From a virus (Duplodnaviria > Caudoviricetes): a stretch of 26,126 nucleotides of DNA. Below, piece after piece: positions 15,995-24,267 of the stretch; the first letter of the stretch is position 1, and every line of letters begins with the position of its first letter. The DNA lies in the IMG/VR virus record IMGVR_UViG_3300026081_000007, positions 1-26,126 of that record; one strand, given 5' to 3'. The translations under genes were made by a program, and so were the position numbers. The notes under the pieces are model-generated. The model searched no databases, was not told where the DNA came from, and saw nothing but the letters and a program-made list of their open reading frames with translations.

Positions 15995-18664
15995 CTATCC
16001 TCCAAAGTCAAATAAGTTGTTAAATGTGTTTTTACTTTCCGTAGATTTAATATCCCAACCTAATACTCCTAACAAGTTTCCTAGTTTGTTATCTATTAGT
16101 GTGCTTTCCATTGCATCATTGTCGAATGGTAAATCTTTGAACCAACTTGGTATGTGCATCTCATCTGTAGGATATGCAACAGAAGTATAGTCCAACGGAT
16201 TCTTTTTAAGTTTGCATACAATAACTTTCATACCGTCATGTATCTCCATAGAGTATTTGTCATTATGCATTTTCTTTAGGTTGTTCCAATTTATACTTGC
16301 TCTTACGTGACCTGGCATATTTGCTTTGCCTAGTCTTGCTTCTTTTTTTGCATACTCTTGAATGTTGTTTGCTCTACGTGGAGATCCTTTTTCCCAACCA
16401 GGTCGCTGTTTGAATTCATTTCTAAATTGACTTATTCTATCTAAAACTTCAGACTCAGTCTTTTCAGTCAATACCATTATTAGTAATTCATTTAAAAAGT
16501 TTTGTATGAATACAGGAGTATCGGATCTTTTCAAATCTAATCCCATTGCTTTTATTTTTCCTGGTTTGTCATCTGTATCTTGTCTAAAGTTTTCTAAGTC
16601 ATACATTAATACTGCATATCTTTTCTTTGTAATAAAAAGTCCTGTTGAACTTACAGATTCTCTACCTGCCTTAATTACTTCTGCCCTACTTTTTAGACAA
16701 TGGAAAGCCTCTGCCATAAACTTTTTAAAACTGCCATTTACTTCTTCACACACCTGATCATATAACTTTATGACACTTTCTTTAGTCCAAGGAATAGAAC
16801 CATCATTAATTTCTTTCTTTAATACTTCGTAAGCACTAAAATAAGCGGAGTCTGTGTCACCATATATAATTGCTTTCCCTACGTGATTGTATTCTCCTGT
16901 TATGACTTCATTGATCTTTGCCGCCATGTGTTTTGAAATCTGTCTACCTGATAGTGTTGTTGATTGTCCAATACGTTTGTCAAAGAATCTACAACCTGGA
17001 TTTAATATTGCGCCATACAGCGAATTCAAATTAATTTTTTTAACAAGTTGTCTTTTATCCCAAAACTCTTCTTCTGCTTTATTCTTTGCGTCTTTGGATT
17101 TCTTTAACATGGATTGCATTTCTTGTCTTTCGGTATACCAACGTTTTAGTAGTCCTGGTATCACGCCTTCAAATTCACTTGTAAAAATTGTGCCATTGGC
17201 ACTTAACATCATCGGATTGTTACTGTCAAAAATTAATTTATACACTTCTGCACCGCTCATAACTTCTGTTTTACCATCTTCCCAATCCACGTGTATAGAA
17301 ATATCTTTACGCATTTCCATCACTGCATCATATTCCAATGAACCAAAATGATTCTCCCAAGCACCAGCAAAGGATTTCTTTTGTAGTGTCATTTGTTCGT
17401 CGATGTATTCTTCTGTGTGAGTTGGTCTTAATTGTCCCATTACACATTCAGGAGCCATATTCAATGCTCTAATGACTGACGGATACAGTGAACTTATGTC
17501 CATGGATCCTATCCAATTATGCAATCCTTTCTTAGGAAAAGCCACATAAGCACCTGCGGCAGTTGTGCTTTCTGGATCTCTCTTAGGTCTATTAGGAACT
17601 TGTACACCTCTTCTGTGTGCTTCATTTATAATTGCTTGTTCTGTTACTGCTACTGCACCTAGTGTAGTCTGTAATAAAACTGTGTTTGCGTGTGCCAATT
17701 CATTTGTTAATGAAATAAATTTTAATTTTCTATCCAGTTTGTCAATCAGCACGGTGTCTTGCCTGTTGTATTCTATGAATGTTCTAAAGTCTTGATTGTA
17801 AAGTTGATCCAAACTGCCTTCATATACAGTTTTCTTTTCTCCTAGTTCATGTTCACCAATAGCATCTAATCTGTATGAATGCCTTTCTTCGTATGTGTAT
17901 TTTCTATAAAGTTCTAGTGAATCCAAATGCACTCTTCCAACTAAATCATATGTTTCTTGTTCACGACCAAATCTTTCGAACACTCTTTTTTTAGGAAGTT
18001 GTTTCCATAAACAAAGTTTTCTAGTGTCATCTTTGCTTAAAACTTTTTGTATCCTGTTCACAACATATGGAATATCATAACCTTCGGAGTTCCAACCACT
18101 AATAACATCTGCATCTTGGATTGTATCTAAAAAGGCTGTGAGCATTTCTCCTTCATCTTTGTAAAGATATAAGTTGTCTATTCCTTTTGTAACTTCTTTC
18201 GCTTCTTCTATGCTCATTGTCTTAGGTGGCATAGCGAAAGTAACTGTGCTGTCTAACCATTGTAAAGCAACAGTGATTGCCGTAATAGGCATAAATGGAT
18301 CACTAGGATTACTGAAACCTTTTTCCGGATCGAAGTCTGCTTCAATATCAAAGAAAGCAGTCTTTAGTTCAGGAGCATCTCTGTTGATATAGTTTTCGCT
18401 CAAGCATTGAAATATTGGATTGATGTCAGATTCGAATAAATTCTTACCTCTGTTGATTGCAAGTTCTTTGTGGAAGTCTTTTGTAGTCTTGGATATGATT
18501 CTATTTAAGGATTTACCAGTGGTGCTTTTAAACTTACCACGTTGGTCTTCATAATAAAAAGTGTATTTGATTGGATATTCTTTGAAAACTCTTTCGCCGT
18601 TTTGACGTTCAACAACTCTTATGAGATCGGAACCTCTGTCAAAATAGCCATCTATATAACTCAT
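15995..18664 (-). CDS. family B DNA polymerase with proofreading exonuclease
   Basis: ExoI FFDIEAD, ExoII GWNSEGYDIPY, ExoIII YNRQD; pol motifs DISSLYPS, KKINLNSLYG, YGDTDS, KKRY. Confidence 0.97.
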   Translation of the reverse strand: MSYIDGYFDRGSDLIRVVERQNGERVFKEYPIKYTFYYEDQRGKFKSTTGKSLNRIISKTTKDFHKELAINRGKNLFESDINPIFQCLSENYINRDAPELKTAFFDIEADFDPEKGFSNPSDPFMPITAITVALQWLDSTVTFAMPPKTMSIEEAKEVTKGIDNLYLYKDEGEMLTAFLDTIQDADVISGWNSEGYDIPYVVNRIQKVLSKDDTRKLCLWKQLPKKRVFERFGREQETYDLVGRVHLDSLELYRKYTYEERHSYRLDAIGEHELGEKKTVYEGSLDQLYNQDFRTFIEYNRQDTVLIDKLDRKLKFISLTNELAHANTVLLQTTLGAVAVTEQAIINEAHRRGVQVPNRPKRDPESTTAAGAYVAFPKKGLHNWIGSMDISSLYPSVIRALNMAPECVMGQLRPTHTEEYIDEQMTLQKKSFAGAWENHFGSLEYDAVMEMRKDISIHVDWEDGKTEVMSGAEVYKLIFDSNNPMMLSANGTIFTSEFEGVIPGLLKRWYTERQEMQSMLKKSKDAKNKAEEEFWDKRQLVKKINLNSLYGAILNPGCRFFDKRIGQSTTLSGRQISKHMAAKINEVITGEYNHVGKAIIYGDTDSAYFSAYEVLKKEINDGSIPWTKESVIKLYDQVCEEVNGSFKKFMAEAFHCLKSRAEVIKAGRESVSSTGLFITKKRYAVLMYDLENFRQDTDDKPGKIKAMGLDLKRSDTPVFIQNFLNELLIMVLTEKTESEVLDRISQFRNEFKQRPGWEKGSPRRANNIQEYAKKEARLGKANMPGHVRASINWNNLKKMHNDKYSMEIHDGMKVIVCKLKKNPLDYTSVAYPTDEMHIPSWFKDLPFDNDAMESTLIDNKLGNLLGVLGWDIKSTESKNTFNNLFDFGG

Positions 18665-18676
18665 TTATTCTCCTAA

Positions 18677-18722
18677 TGTCATTTTCGGCTGACACATACC
18701 TAATAATCACTTGTGGCTGATT
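18677..18722 (-). promoter_or_regulatory. tandem 5-bp-stem/8-nt-loop hairpins before the polymerase SD (putative translational operator)
   Basis: mRNA sense AAUCA-GCCACAAG-UGAUU (18722..18705) and UGUCA-GCCGAAAA-UGACA (18694..18677), then UU-AGGAGA-AUAA-AUG. Confidence 0.7.
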
Positions 18723-18726
18723 GGGC

Positions 18727-18957
18727 CTATAAACAATAATATAACAGTATACCGCCTATTCCGGTAATTGTCAATACTGCATTTGTAGTTATCAGTGCCG
18801 GTTCTTTCCAAATCACTGAAACGATTAACCAATTAATTCCTCCTAATACTAAAAGTATCGGACCAATTGGATAAAGATGTGGAAATCCTGCATTAACGAA
18901 AGTTCCTACAATTAAAGTAAATGTAGCAACCCATTTTAAAATTTGATCAATTTTCAT
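18727..18957 (-). CDS. small membrane protein (about 3 hydrophobic helices)
   Basis: Start moved to ATG 18957 (MKIDQ); strongly hydrophobic. Confidence 0.75.
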   Translation of the reverse strand: MKIDQILKWVATFTLIVGTFVNAGFPHLYPIGPILLVLGGINWLIVSVIWKEPALITTNAVLTITGIGGILLYYCL

Positions 18958-19996
18958 ACTTGTCAAACACTCTGTTGATTGTATTGTTCACGCACACGAA
19001 GTGAGCACACTTAGGCATATCCTTAACACGTCTTGCACCTATATAAGTGCAAGTACTTCTTATACCGCCTAATAATTGTTCAACAGTGTCTTTAACTGGG
19101 CCTTTGTCGTCTAGTATAACTGTCTTGCCTTCTGTGCCTCTGTAACCATCTTTTCTTGCTCCATGTGTATCAAATGCTGATTGCGAACTCATGCCATAAA
19201 AATATCTTTTGCCATCTACTAATTGTGTTTCGCCTTCTTGGTGACCTGCTAACATACCACCAAGCATAACGAAATGTGCGCCTGCTCCTAATGCCTTTGA
19301 AATGTCTCCTGGTTGTGTGCAACCTCCATCCGCAATTATGTGTCCGTCTACGCCATTAGCCGCATCGGCACATTCTATAATTGCTGAAAATTGAGGAACG
19401 CCAACACCAGTTTGAGTTCGTGTTGTACACACACTACCTGGACCAATACCAACTTTCACTATGTCGGCTCCGTTTAAAATTAATTCTTCTGTCATGTTTG
19501 GTGTTACAACGTTACCAGCAATGATCACTTTGGATGGATATTCTTCTCTAATACGTTGCACAAAAGAAACAAATTGTTCGTGATATGCATTTGCAACGTC
19601 AATTGTTATTACAGGAATGTCTGGAAACGCCGACATAACTTTTTTCAATGTTTGATAGTCCTGTGCGTTCTCGTCCCATAGTGCACCTGTGCCTACGCAG
19701 GCAGATACATATTTGAATTTAATACCTGTACCGGCGGCTTCTTTCCAATCATCGAAGGTATAATGTTTTCTAATTACTGTGAGCATTTTATATTCCTGCA
19801 ACACTCTTGCCATAGAAAAAGTGCCAACGCCATCCATGTTCGATGCCATTACAGGAACGTAACTTAATTCTTTTCCACTGTTCCTAAATTTATATGTTCT
19901 TTCCATGTCAACATCTCTCCTAGAACTTAAGGCAGATCTTTTTGGCTGTAACAAAACGTCGGAATAATCTAAATGTATGTTGTAATCAATTCTCAT
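18947..19996 (-). CDS. guaC: GMP reductase
   Basis: [79 protein letters not shown]. No CBS domains. Confidence 0.94.
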   Translation of the reverse strand: MRIDYNIHLDYSDVLLQPKRSALSSRRDVDMERTYKFRNSGKELSYVPVMASNMDGVGTFSMARVLQEYKMLTVIRKHYTFDDWKEAAGTGIKFKYVSACVGTGALWDENAQDYQTLKKVMSAFPDIPVITIDVANAYHEQFVSFVQRIREEYPSKVIIAGNVVTPNMTEELILNGADIVKVGIGPGSVCTTRTQTGVGVPQFSAIIECADAANGVDGHIIADGGCTQPGDISKALGAGAHFVMLGGMLAGHQEGETQLVDGKRYFYGMSSQSAFDTHGARKDGYRGTEGKTVILDDKGPVKDTVEQLLGGIRSTCTYIGARRVKDMPKCAHFVCVNNTINRVFDKYEN

Positions 19997-20285
19997 CAAA
20001 AAAGTCTTTTACGTTTATTGCTCTATCATCAATCCAATAATCATATACTGGTTTCTTCATCTGTATGGCAGTGTGTTTCACTCCCCATTCATCAAGTTGC
20101 TTCTTGGTTAGTTCCGTCCAATCTTTCCCGGAGTTACCACCCCTTGCTGTCCAGTAATGTAACTCATTGCCTTCGTCGAACAATTTATTAAGTTTGGCAA
20201 TGCGATCGAAATCAGGTTTGCTGTTTTCGTAGTCACTGTTCTGGTTGTAACAAATTGTATTGTCGATGTCGACAATGTATTTCAT
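19986..20285 (-). CDS. small HAD-superfamily phosphatase
   Basis: Motif I VDIDNT, motif II WTARG, motifs III/IV KP..D.WIDDRA. Confidence 0.85.
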   Translation of the reverse strand: MKYIVDIDNTICYNQNSDYENSKPDFDRIAKLNKLFDEGNELHYWTARGGNSGKDWTELTKKQLDEWGVKHTAIQMKKPVYDYWIDDRAINVKDFFDEN

Positions 20286-20545
20286 TACTTGTCTTTACCA
20301 ACTGCAATAATTAAATTCTCCAAACTATCAAAAGCCTCAGAATATTTGCTCCACTCTCCTTTGTGTGCAATTTTTATTGCCTTGTTTATTAAAGCAGGTT
20401 TTACTTCTAGTTCTTCGGACACTGCTTTCACTGTGTCTTTCAGTCCTGCATTTAAGTCTTCTATTTCCTGTAAAACATTTGAACCTTCATCTACGATTCT
20501 TTTCAACTTTGCTTGTTCTTCAGGGCCGTATGTTCTTGCTGACAT
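20285..20545 (-). CDS. helical protein, possibly dsDNA-binding (T4 DsbA/GapR-like)
   Basis: 86 aa, coiled coil followed by a K-P-x-x-I-N-K-A-I-K helix pattern. The functional call is tentative. Confidence 0.5.
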   Translation of the reverse strand: MSARTYGPEEQAKLKRIVDEGSNVLQEIEDLNAGLKDTVKAVSEELEVKPALINKAIKIAHKGEWSKYSEAFDSLENLIIAVGKDK

Positions 20546-20546
20546 A

Positions 20547-21089
20547 TTACTCTCCTTTTAGATATTTTACCATGTTTTCTGGCGTTGACTCAACGTATGG
20601 GTCATCGTCAGTTCCTTCATTGTTTATGCCTGGCTCTTGCCACCATTTTTCTATTGCACCGTCTTTAACCACTGCCATGTATCTCCAACTTCTATTACCG
20701 AAGCCTAAATGGTTTTTACCAATCAGCATACCCATAAATCTTGTGAAGTTTCCAGAACCATCTGGAATCATTTTAACATTTTGTATTTGCATTCTATCTG
20801 CCCATGCGTTCATTACATATGAATCATTTACGGAAATACAATATATTTCGTCAATGCCCATATCCTTAATACTATTATATTCTTTTTCGAATCCTGGAAG
20901 TTGTTGACTTGAGCAAGTAGGAGTAAATGCTCCTGGTAAACTAAAAATTACTACTCTTTTTCCTTTGAAATATGAATCTGTTGTTGCGTTATGCCACTCA
21001 CCACCAATTGCACAACCGCCATCGGTCTCCACTTCATCACCTGTTCTTATTCTAAATGTTACTTTTGGAATTTTAAATCCTTCTATCAT
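20547..21089 (-). CDS. peroxiredoxin (Prx5/redoxin family)
   Basis: FSLPGAFTPTCS, SVNDSYVMNAW, PDGSGNFTR, RSWRY. Confidence 0.94.
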   Translation of the reverse strand: MIEGFKIPKVTFRIRTGDEVETDGGCAIGGEWHNATTDSYFKGKRVVIFSLPGAFTPTCSSQQLPGFEKEYNSIKDMGIDEIYCISVNDSYVMNAWADRMQIQNVKMIPDGSGNFTRFMGMLIGKNHLGFGNRSWRYMAVVKDGAIEKWWQEPGINNEGTDDDPYVESTPENMVKYLKGE

Positions 21090-21126
21090 AATGTACTATA
21101 CCTGTTTTAAAAATTAATATAAATGA

Positions 21127-21155
21127 ATTATACTTAATTCTTCCGGTAAAGTCAA
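21127..21155 (-). promoter_or_regulatory. sigma70-type promoter TTGACT-N17-TATAAT heading the replication operon
   Basis: -35 at 21155..21150, -10 at 21132..21127; intergenic. Confidence 0.82.
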
Positions 21156-21164
21156 TGATTAATT

Positions 21165-21812
21165 TTAGGATTTGCGTTCTTTATCTTCGTAGAAGTAATC
21201 GTTGGTGTCACCAAATACAACACTGGATTCATTTTCGCAATAAAATTCTATAGTGGATACTTGGAAGTCTGGTCTTTTGAGTTCTGATGGAGTTAGTGAT
21301 GCTTCAAACCAAAGCATTCTATTATTTGGTTGTGCAAAGAATTGTCCATTTCTAAGTTTGCCAAAATTGTGTTGTTTGTGTTCGCTTGGTACTTCTGAAA
21401 CTCCTGTGTTGACTGTGTTTGGATCTCCATGACAGGCATCAATCGTAAACATATATTCACCTTTCATTCTGCCACCGCCCTTTAACATTATCTCAACATC
21501 ACTTGCTTTCAATAATGATTTTGTCCATACTTGTATGTTAGAACTAAAACTGTCCCACAGTTCAATAGTTCCTAAAGGTAATTGATCTTCTTCTTTGATG
21601 TTTTCTTTCCAAACAAATGCTGACAATGGAAATTTGTCAAAACAAGCACCATACTCTGGAAGGTATGCTTCGAACATTAATGCTCTGCCTTGTACGGATT
21701 TAACCGCGAACATTATTGCTTCGACTAGTTCGCCGTGACCTCTCTTAAGGTCGTGTAAGTATTCTTTACGAACCCAGCACTTTGTATATGGAATATTTGC
21801 AACAAAATTCAA
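21165..21812 (-). CDS. hypothetical phage protein (NGQFFAQPNNR motif)
   Basis: 215 aa, TTG start with GGGGGAGG SD, TAAATA upstream at 21842..21847. Confidence 0.8.
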   Translation of the reverse strand: MNFVANIPYTKCWVRKEYLHDLKRGHGELVEAIMFAVKSVQGRALMFEAYLPEYGACFDKFPLSAFVWKENIKEEDQLPLGTIELWDSFSSNIQVWTKSLLKASDVEIMLKGGGRMKGEYMFTIDACHGDPNTVNTGVSEVPSEHKQHNFGKLRNGQFFAQPNNRMLWFEASLTPSELKRPDFQVSTIEFYCENESSVVFGDTNDYFYEDKERKS

Positions 21813-21841
21813 GACACAACCTCCCCCTTGTTAATATAGTG

Positions 21842-21847
21842 TATTTA
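21842..21847 (-). promoter_or_regulatory. putative late-promoter core TAAATA
   Basis: Intergenic, context CCATAAATAC. Confidence 0.55.
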
Positions 21848-21871
21848 TGGAAAATTATATCTTATGTAGAA

Positions 21872-22273
21872 TTACGACTTCTTTTTTGTGGCAACATTAA
21901 TTGCTTTGCCACGTCTATTTGGATTAGGATCTTTTTTTCTTTTTCTTCGTGCCGCACTTGCTCTGCCTTTTTTACCTAAGGAGTATGCTTTTGATCTAGG
22001 TAGACATTTAGGTTTGCCTTCACCTTTTTTCTTACCACCACACGTTCCACGAATCTTTCCGCCTGGACCCATACGCACCCATTTGTCTTTGAACCATTTC
22101 TTAAGATTTTCGTCTAAGGATTCGTCTAGTATAAGATCGTAGCAATTGACACAGAAGTCTACGTGTTCCCTTTTAACGCAGTTGGGTACCCTTTTTCCGA
22201 ACATGGTCTTCATGCCCTTCTTTTCGTAACCCTTCCAACAACGTGTTCCTTCTATGATTTCGTTTACCTTCAT
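21872..22273 (-). CDS. basic modular protein, putative internal head protein
   Basis: Starts MKVNEIIE; modules CWKGY...PNCVK and LKKWFKDKW...KPKCLP...RRKRKKDPN. Confidence 0.75.
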   Translation of the reverse strand: MKVNEIIEGTRCWKGYEKKGMKTMFGKRVPNCVKREHVDFCVNCYDLILDESLDENLKKWFKDKWVRMGPGGKIRGTCGGKKKGEGKPKCLPRSKAYSLGKKGRASAARRKRKKDPNPNRRGKAINVATKKKS

Positions 22274-23184
22274 TACTTCTTACTCTTGTTGCCCCAATTA
22301 GCCGCGCCTTTTTTACGACACTGAACTAGAGCACCAGAGGCGTAAGCCGAAGGCCAAACTTTGTATCTTGATCTAACTTTGTGATAGCAGGCATCTTTTT
22401 TCTCTGCTAATTTTTCGAATTCTTCTTCTGAGATAGGTTTACCAACAAAATCTTCTAGGACTGGTTCAGTCTTTTTTTTTGAGACCTCGTCTAGTTTTGT
22501 TTGGAATTTTTTGCTTATAGTTTCTTTGTATGTTGGTTCAGGCTTCTCTGATTTTGCTTTAATCGCCTGAACAATTTTAGTTCTTGACTCTGTCATCTCT
22601 TCGCTAGACATCATCTCGTAATCCATGTAATGGAATACTGAACTTAAATAATCACTTGCTTTTGTAATCTTAGCCGCTACCCAACCTTCTAAACCTTCCT
22701 CTTCGGAAATGTTTTTTAATCTGTCATGCAGTTTAATTGAATATTTTGCCGCTTTGTATAAATCTGATCTAGCCATCTGCACTTCGTGGTCTTGTTCAAC
22801 TTTGTGAGCCATTTGTCCTAAATCTTCGTTAGTGGACTCTTGATTGTGTTTATCATCCATTTGTTGTACTATCTGTTGTTGATGTTTTTGTAAATCTGCC
22901 ATGTTATCAAATGTTCCTGTAAGTTTGCCATTTTGATATGAATAAAATTTACCGTCTTTGTTCTTTGCCGCTAATCCGTATTTGTTCATACCTTTAGATG
23001 AAGTGTCATCTTCCGCTCTCAATGAAGAAAGTTTATAACCTTTTGCCATGTACTCGTCTTTCTTCTCTGCAGGGATCATTATCGTTTTGCCATCTTTGTG
23101 GACATATACTTTTGGTTCTGCTTTACCAACTCTTTTCAAGTCAGCCGGTTGAACTCCGTCCTGGTGCATTTCTTTGAATTTCAT
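22273..23184 (-). CDS. modular protein, putative internal head (poly)protein
   Basis: Starts MKFKEM; modules HEVQMARSDLYKAAKY...WVAAKITKASDYL and KKDACYHKVRSRYKVWPSAYASG. Confidence 0.75.
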   Translation of the reverse strand: MKFKEMHQDGVQPADLKRVGKAEPKVYVHKDGKTIMIPAEKKDEYMAKGYKLSSLRAEDDTSSKGMNKYGLAAKNKDGKFYSYQNGKLTGTFDNMADLQKHQQQIVQQMDDKHNQESTNEDLGQMAHKVEQDHEVQMARSDLYKAAKYSIKLHDRLKNISEEEGLEGWVAAKITKASDYLSSVFHYMDYEMMSSEEMTESRTKIVQAIKAKSEKPEPTYKETISKKFQTKLDEVSKKKTEPVLEDFVGKPISEEEFEKLAEKKDACYHKVRSRYKVWPSAYASGALVQCRKKGAANWGNKSKK

Positions 23185-23186
23185 AA

Positions 23187-23273
23187 CTAATCTCTAGTTT
23201 CGCCGCAATCGTCACATCTGCAATAGTCACAGTTGCAATTTTCACATTCGCATTTACAATTTTTACAAGCCAT
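23187..23273 (-). CDS. 28-aa Cys-rich metallothionein-like peptide
   Basis: Hand-translated MACKNCKCECENCNCDYCRCDDCGETRD*: 9 Cys in CxC/CxxC arrays. Fills the intergenic gap, with TAAATA directly upstream. Confidence 0.75.
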   Translation of the reverse strand: MACKNCKCECENCNCDYCRCDDCGETRD

Positions 23274-23278
23274 ATTAA

Positions 23279-23284
23279 TATTTA
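23279..23284 (-). promoter_or_regulatory. putative late-promoter core TAAATA, 5 nt before ATG
   Basis: TAAATA-TTAAT-ATG. Confidence 0.6.
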
Positions 23285-23539
23285 TCTCTTTAGCGGTCCG
23301 CCGAAGATACTCACTCCTGGTAGTGCATGAGCGCCTTTGGCTGTGCCGTCTTTCTTTTTAGGTTGTACAACTTTTGGTAATCTTGGAGCCTTTGTTCCTG
23401 ACTTGCCAGGAGTACCTGTATATGATTTTTTAAATCTATCAGGGCCTACTGCAATATGTGGGGATACCACTGTTGCTATACTACCGGCACTTGTTGCGCC
23501 TGCCGATGCTAGTTCTGTTATAATTTCCCTGATCTTCAT
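23282..23539 (-). CDS. small basic protein, putative internal head protein
   Basis: Starts MKIREIITE|LASAGATSAGSIATV. Confidence 0.75.
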   Translation of the reverse strand: MKIREIITELASAGATSAGSIATVVSPHIAVGPDRFKKSYTGTPGKSGTKAPRLPKVVQPKKKDGTAKGAHALPGVSIFGGPLKR

Positions 23540-23543
23540 GTGT

Positions 23544-23726
23544 TTATTTACTTGCTTTGAACAAATTCTTCACTTTTTTAGAAGTGCTGTATTTTGCGTG
23601 AGGCACTTTAAGGTTCTTCTTACCGTAAATATCCCCTATTTTATGTCGGTACACCATTAGTTCTGGATCCAAGCCGTAATGATAATCAATACGTGCCTCC
23701 ACCATTTTGATGTCCTTGTAACGCAT
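23544..23726 (-). CDS. small basic protein, putative internal head protein
   Basis: Starts MRYKDIKMVE; 60 aa. Confidence 0.7.
   Translation of the reverse strand: MRYKDIKMVEARIDYHYGLDPELMVYRHKIGDIYGKKNLKVPHAKYSTSKKVKNLFKASK
23545..23550 (-). promoter_or_regulatory. putative late-promoter core TAAATA, 5 nt before ATG
   Basis: TAAATA-AACAC-ATG. Confidence 0.6.
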
Positions 23727-23819
23727 TTAACTAAATTTTCTTCTAATGCTGTCCACAAGCACTCTTAATTTAGAGAATTTGTACCAACCATTAATTTTTT
23801 TTGCTATCTTTTTAAACAT
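23727..23819 (-). CDS. 30-aa cationic amphipathic peptide
   Basis: Hand-translated MFKKIAKKINGWYKFSKLRVLVDSIRRKFS*; abuts the genes on both sides. Confidence 0.6.
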   Translation of the reverse strand: MFKKIAKKINGWYKFSKLRVLVDSIRRKFS

Positions 23820-23820
23820 A

Positions 23821-23967
23821 TTACTTCTTAAATGGGTTCAAACCTTTGATACCTTTTACAGCACCTTTAGTTGTATTACCTACTGTTTTTTTAATTTTAC
23901 CTATTTTACCCTTTACGTCAGGCATTTTGACCTTAGGCATCTTAGGCATTTTAAGTTTATTAAACAT
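23821..23967 (-). CDS. 48-aa Lys-rich peptide with KMP repeats
   Basis: Hand-translated MFNKLKMPKMPKVKMPDVKGKIGKIKKTVGNTTKGAVKGIKGLNPFKK*; AGGAGA SD and TAAATA (23987..23992) upstream. Confidence 0.72.
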   Translation of the reverse strand: MFNKLKMPKMPKVKMPDVKGKIGKIKKTVGNTTKGAVKGIKGLNPFKK

Positions 23968-23986
23968 AGTGTATCTCCTATGTGTG

Positions 23987-23992
23987 TATTTA
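23987..23992 (-). promoter_or_regulatory. putative late-promoter core TAAATA (context CGATAAATAC)
   Basis: Intergenic, followed by SD and ATG 23967. Confidence 0.6.
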
Positions 23993-24011
23993 TCGGATTT
24001 TGTGTGTGAAA

Positions 24012-24254
24012 TTAGGCTAATTTTTTGAGGTTTTCAATGCCGTTGTCTATTACAGCACGGTTGTTGATGCTACCCGGACCTGCTTCTTCATCGCCTGAAC
24101 GTAGTGATTCTAGTCCTTCTATGAACTTATCGGATGTAATTTCGCTTGATTCAAATCTGTCTTTTAAAGCAAGAATGCTTTTAGCAGTTTCTTTTGCCCA
24201 GCCACTAGTGCCTTCGTCGTCTCTTAATCTTATAAGTTCTGTCAAGTAGTTCAT
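24012..24254 (-). CDS. hypothetical protein
   Basis: 80-aa ORF directly downstream of a perfect TATAAATA. Confidence 0.75.
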   Translation of the reverse strand: MNYLTELIRLRDDEGTSGWAKETAKSILALKDRFESSEITSDKFIEGLESLRSGDEEAGPGSINNRAVIDNGIENLKKLA

Positions 24255-24259
24255 ATTGT

Positions 24260-24267
24260 TATTTATA
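24260..24267 (-). promoter_or_regulatory. T4-type late promoter TATAAATA
   Basis: Exact T4 gp55 consensus, TATAAATA-ACAAT-ATG. Confidence 0.7.

Noticed and set aside
15995-18664. Intein or intron in the DNA polymerase
   Set aside because: The 889-aa ORF is continuous with all motifs in order and no splice-junction signatures.
18947-19996. IMP dehydrogenase (guaB)
   Set aside because: No CBS domains, and the motifs ([37 protein letters not shown]) match GMP reductase.
23925-23952. Short repeated TTAGGCAT/AGGCATTTT units as a repeat array or CRISPR
   Set aside because: Explained by the KMP codon repeats of the 48-aa peptide; no spacers or cas genes.
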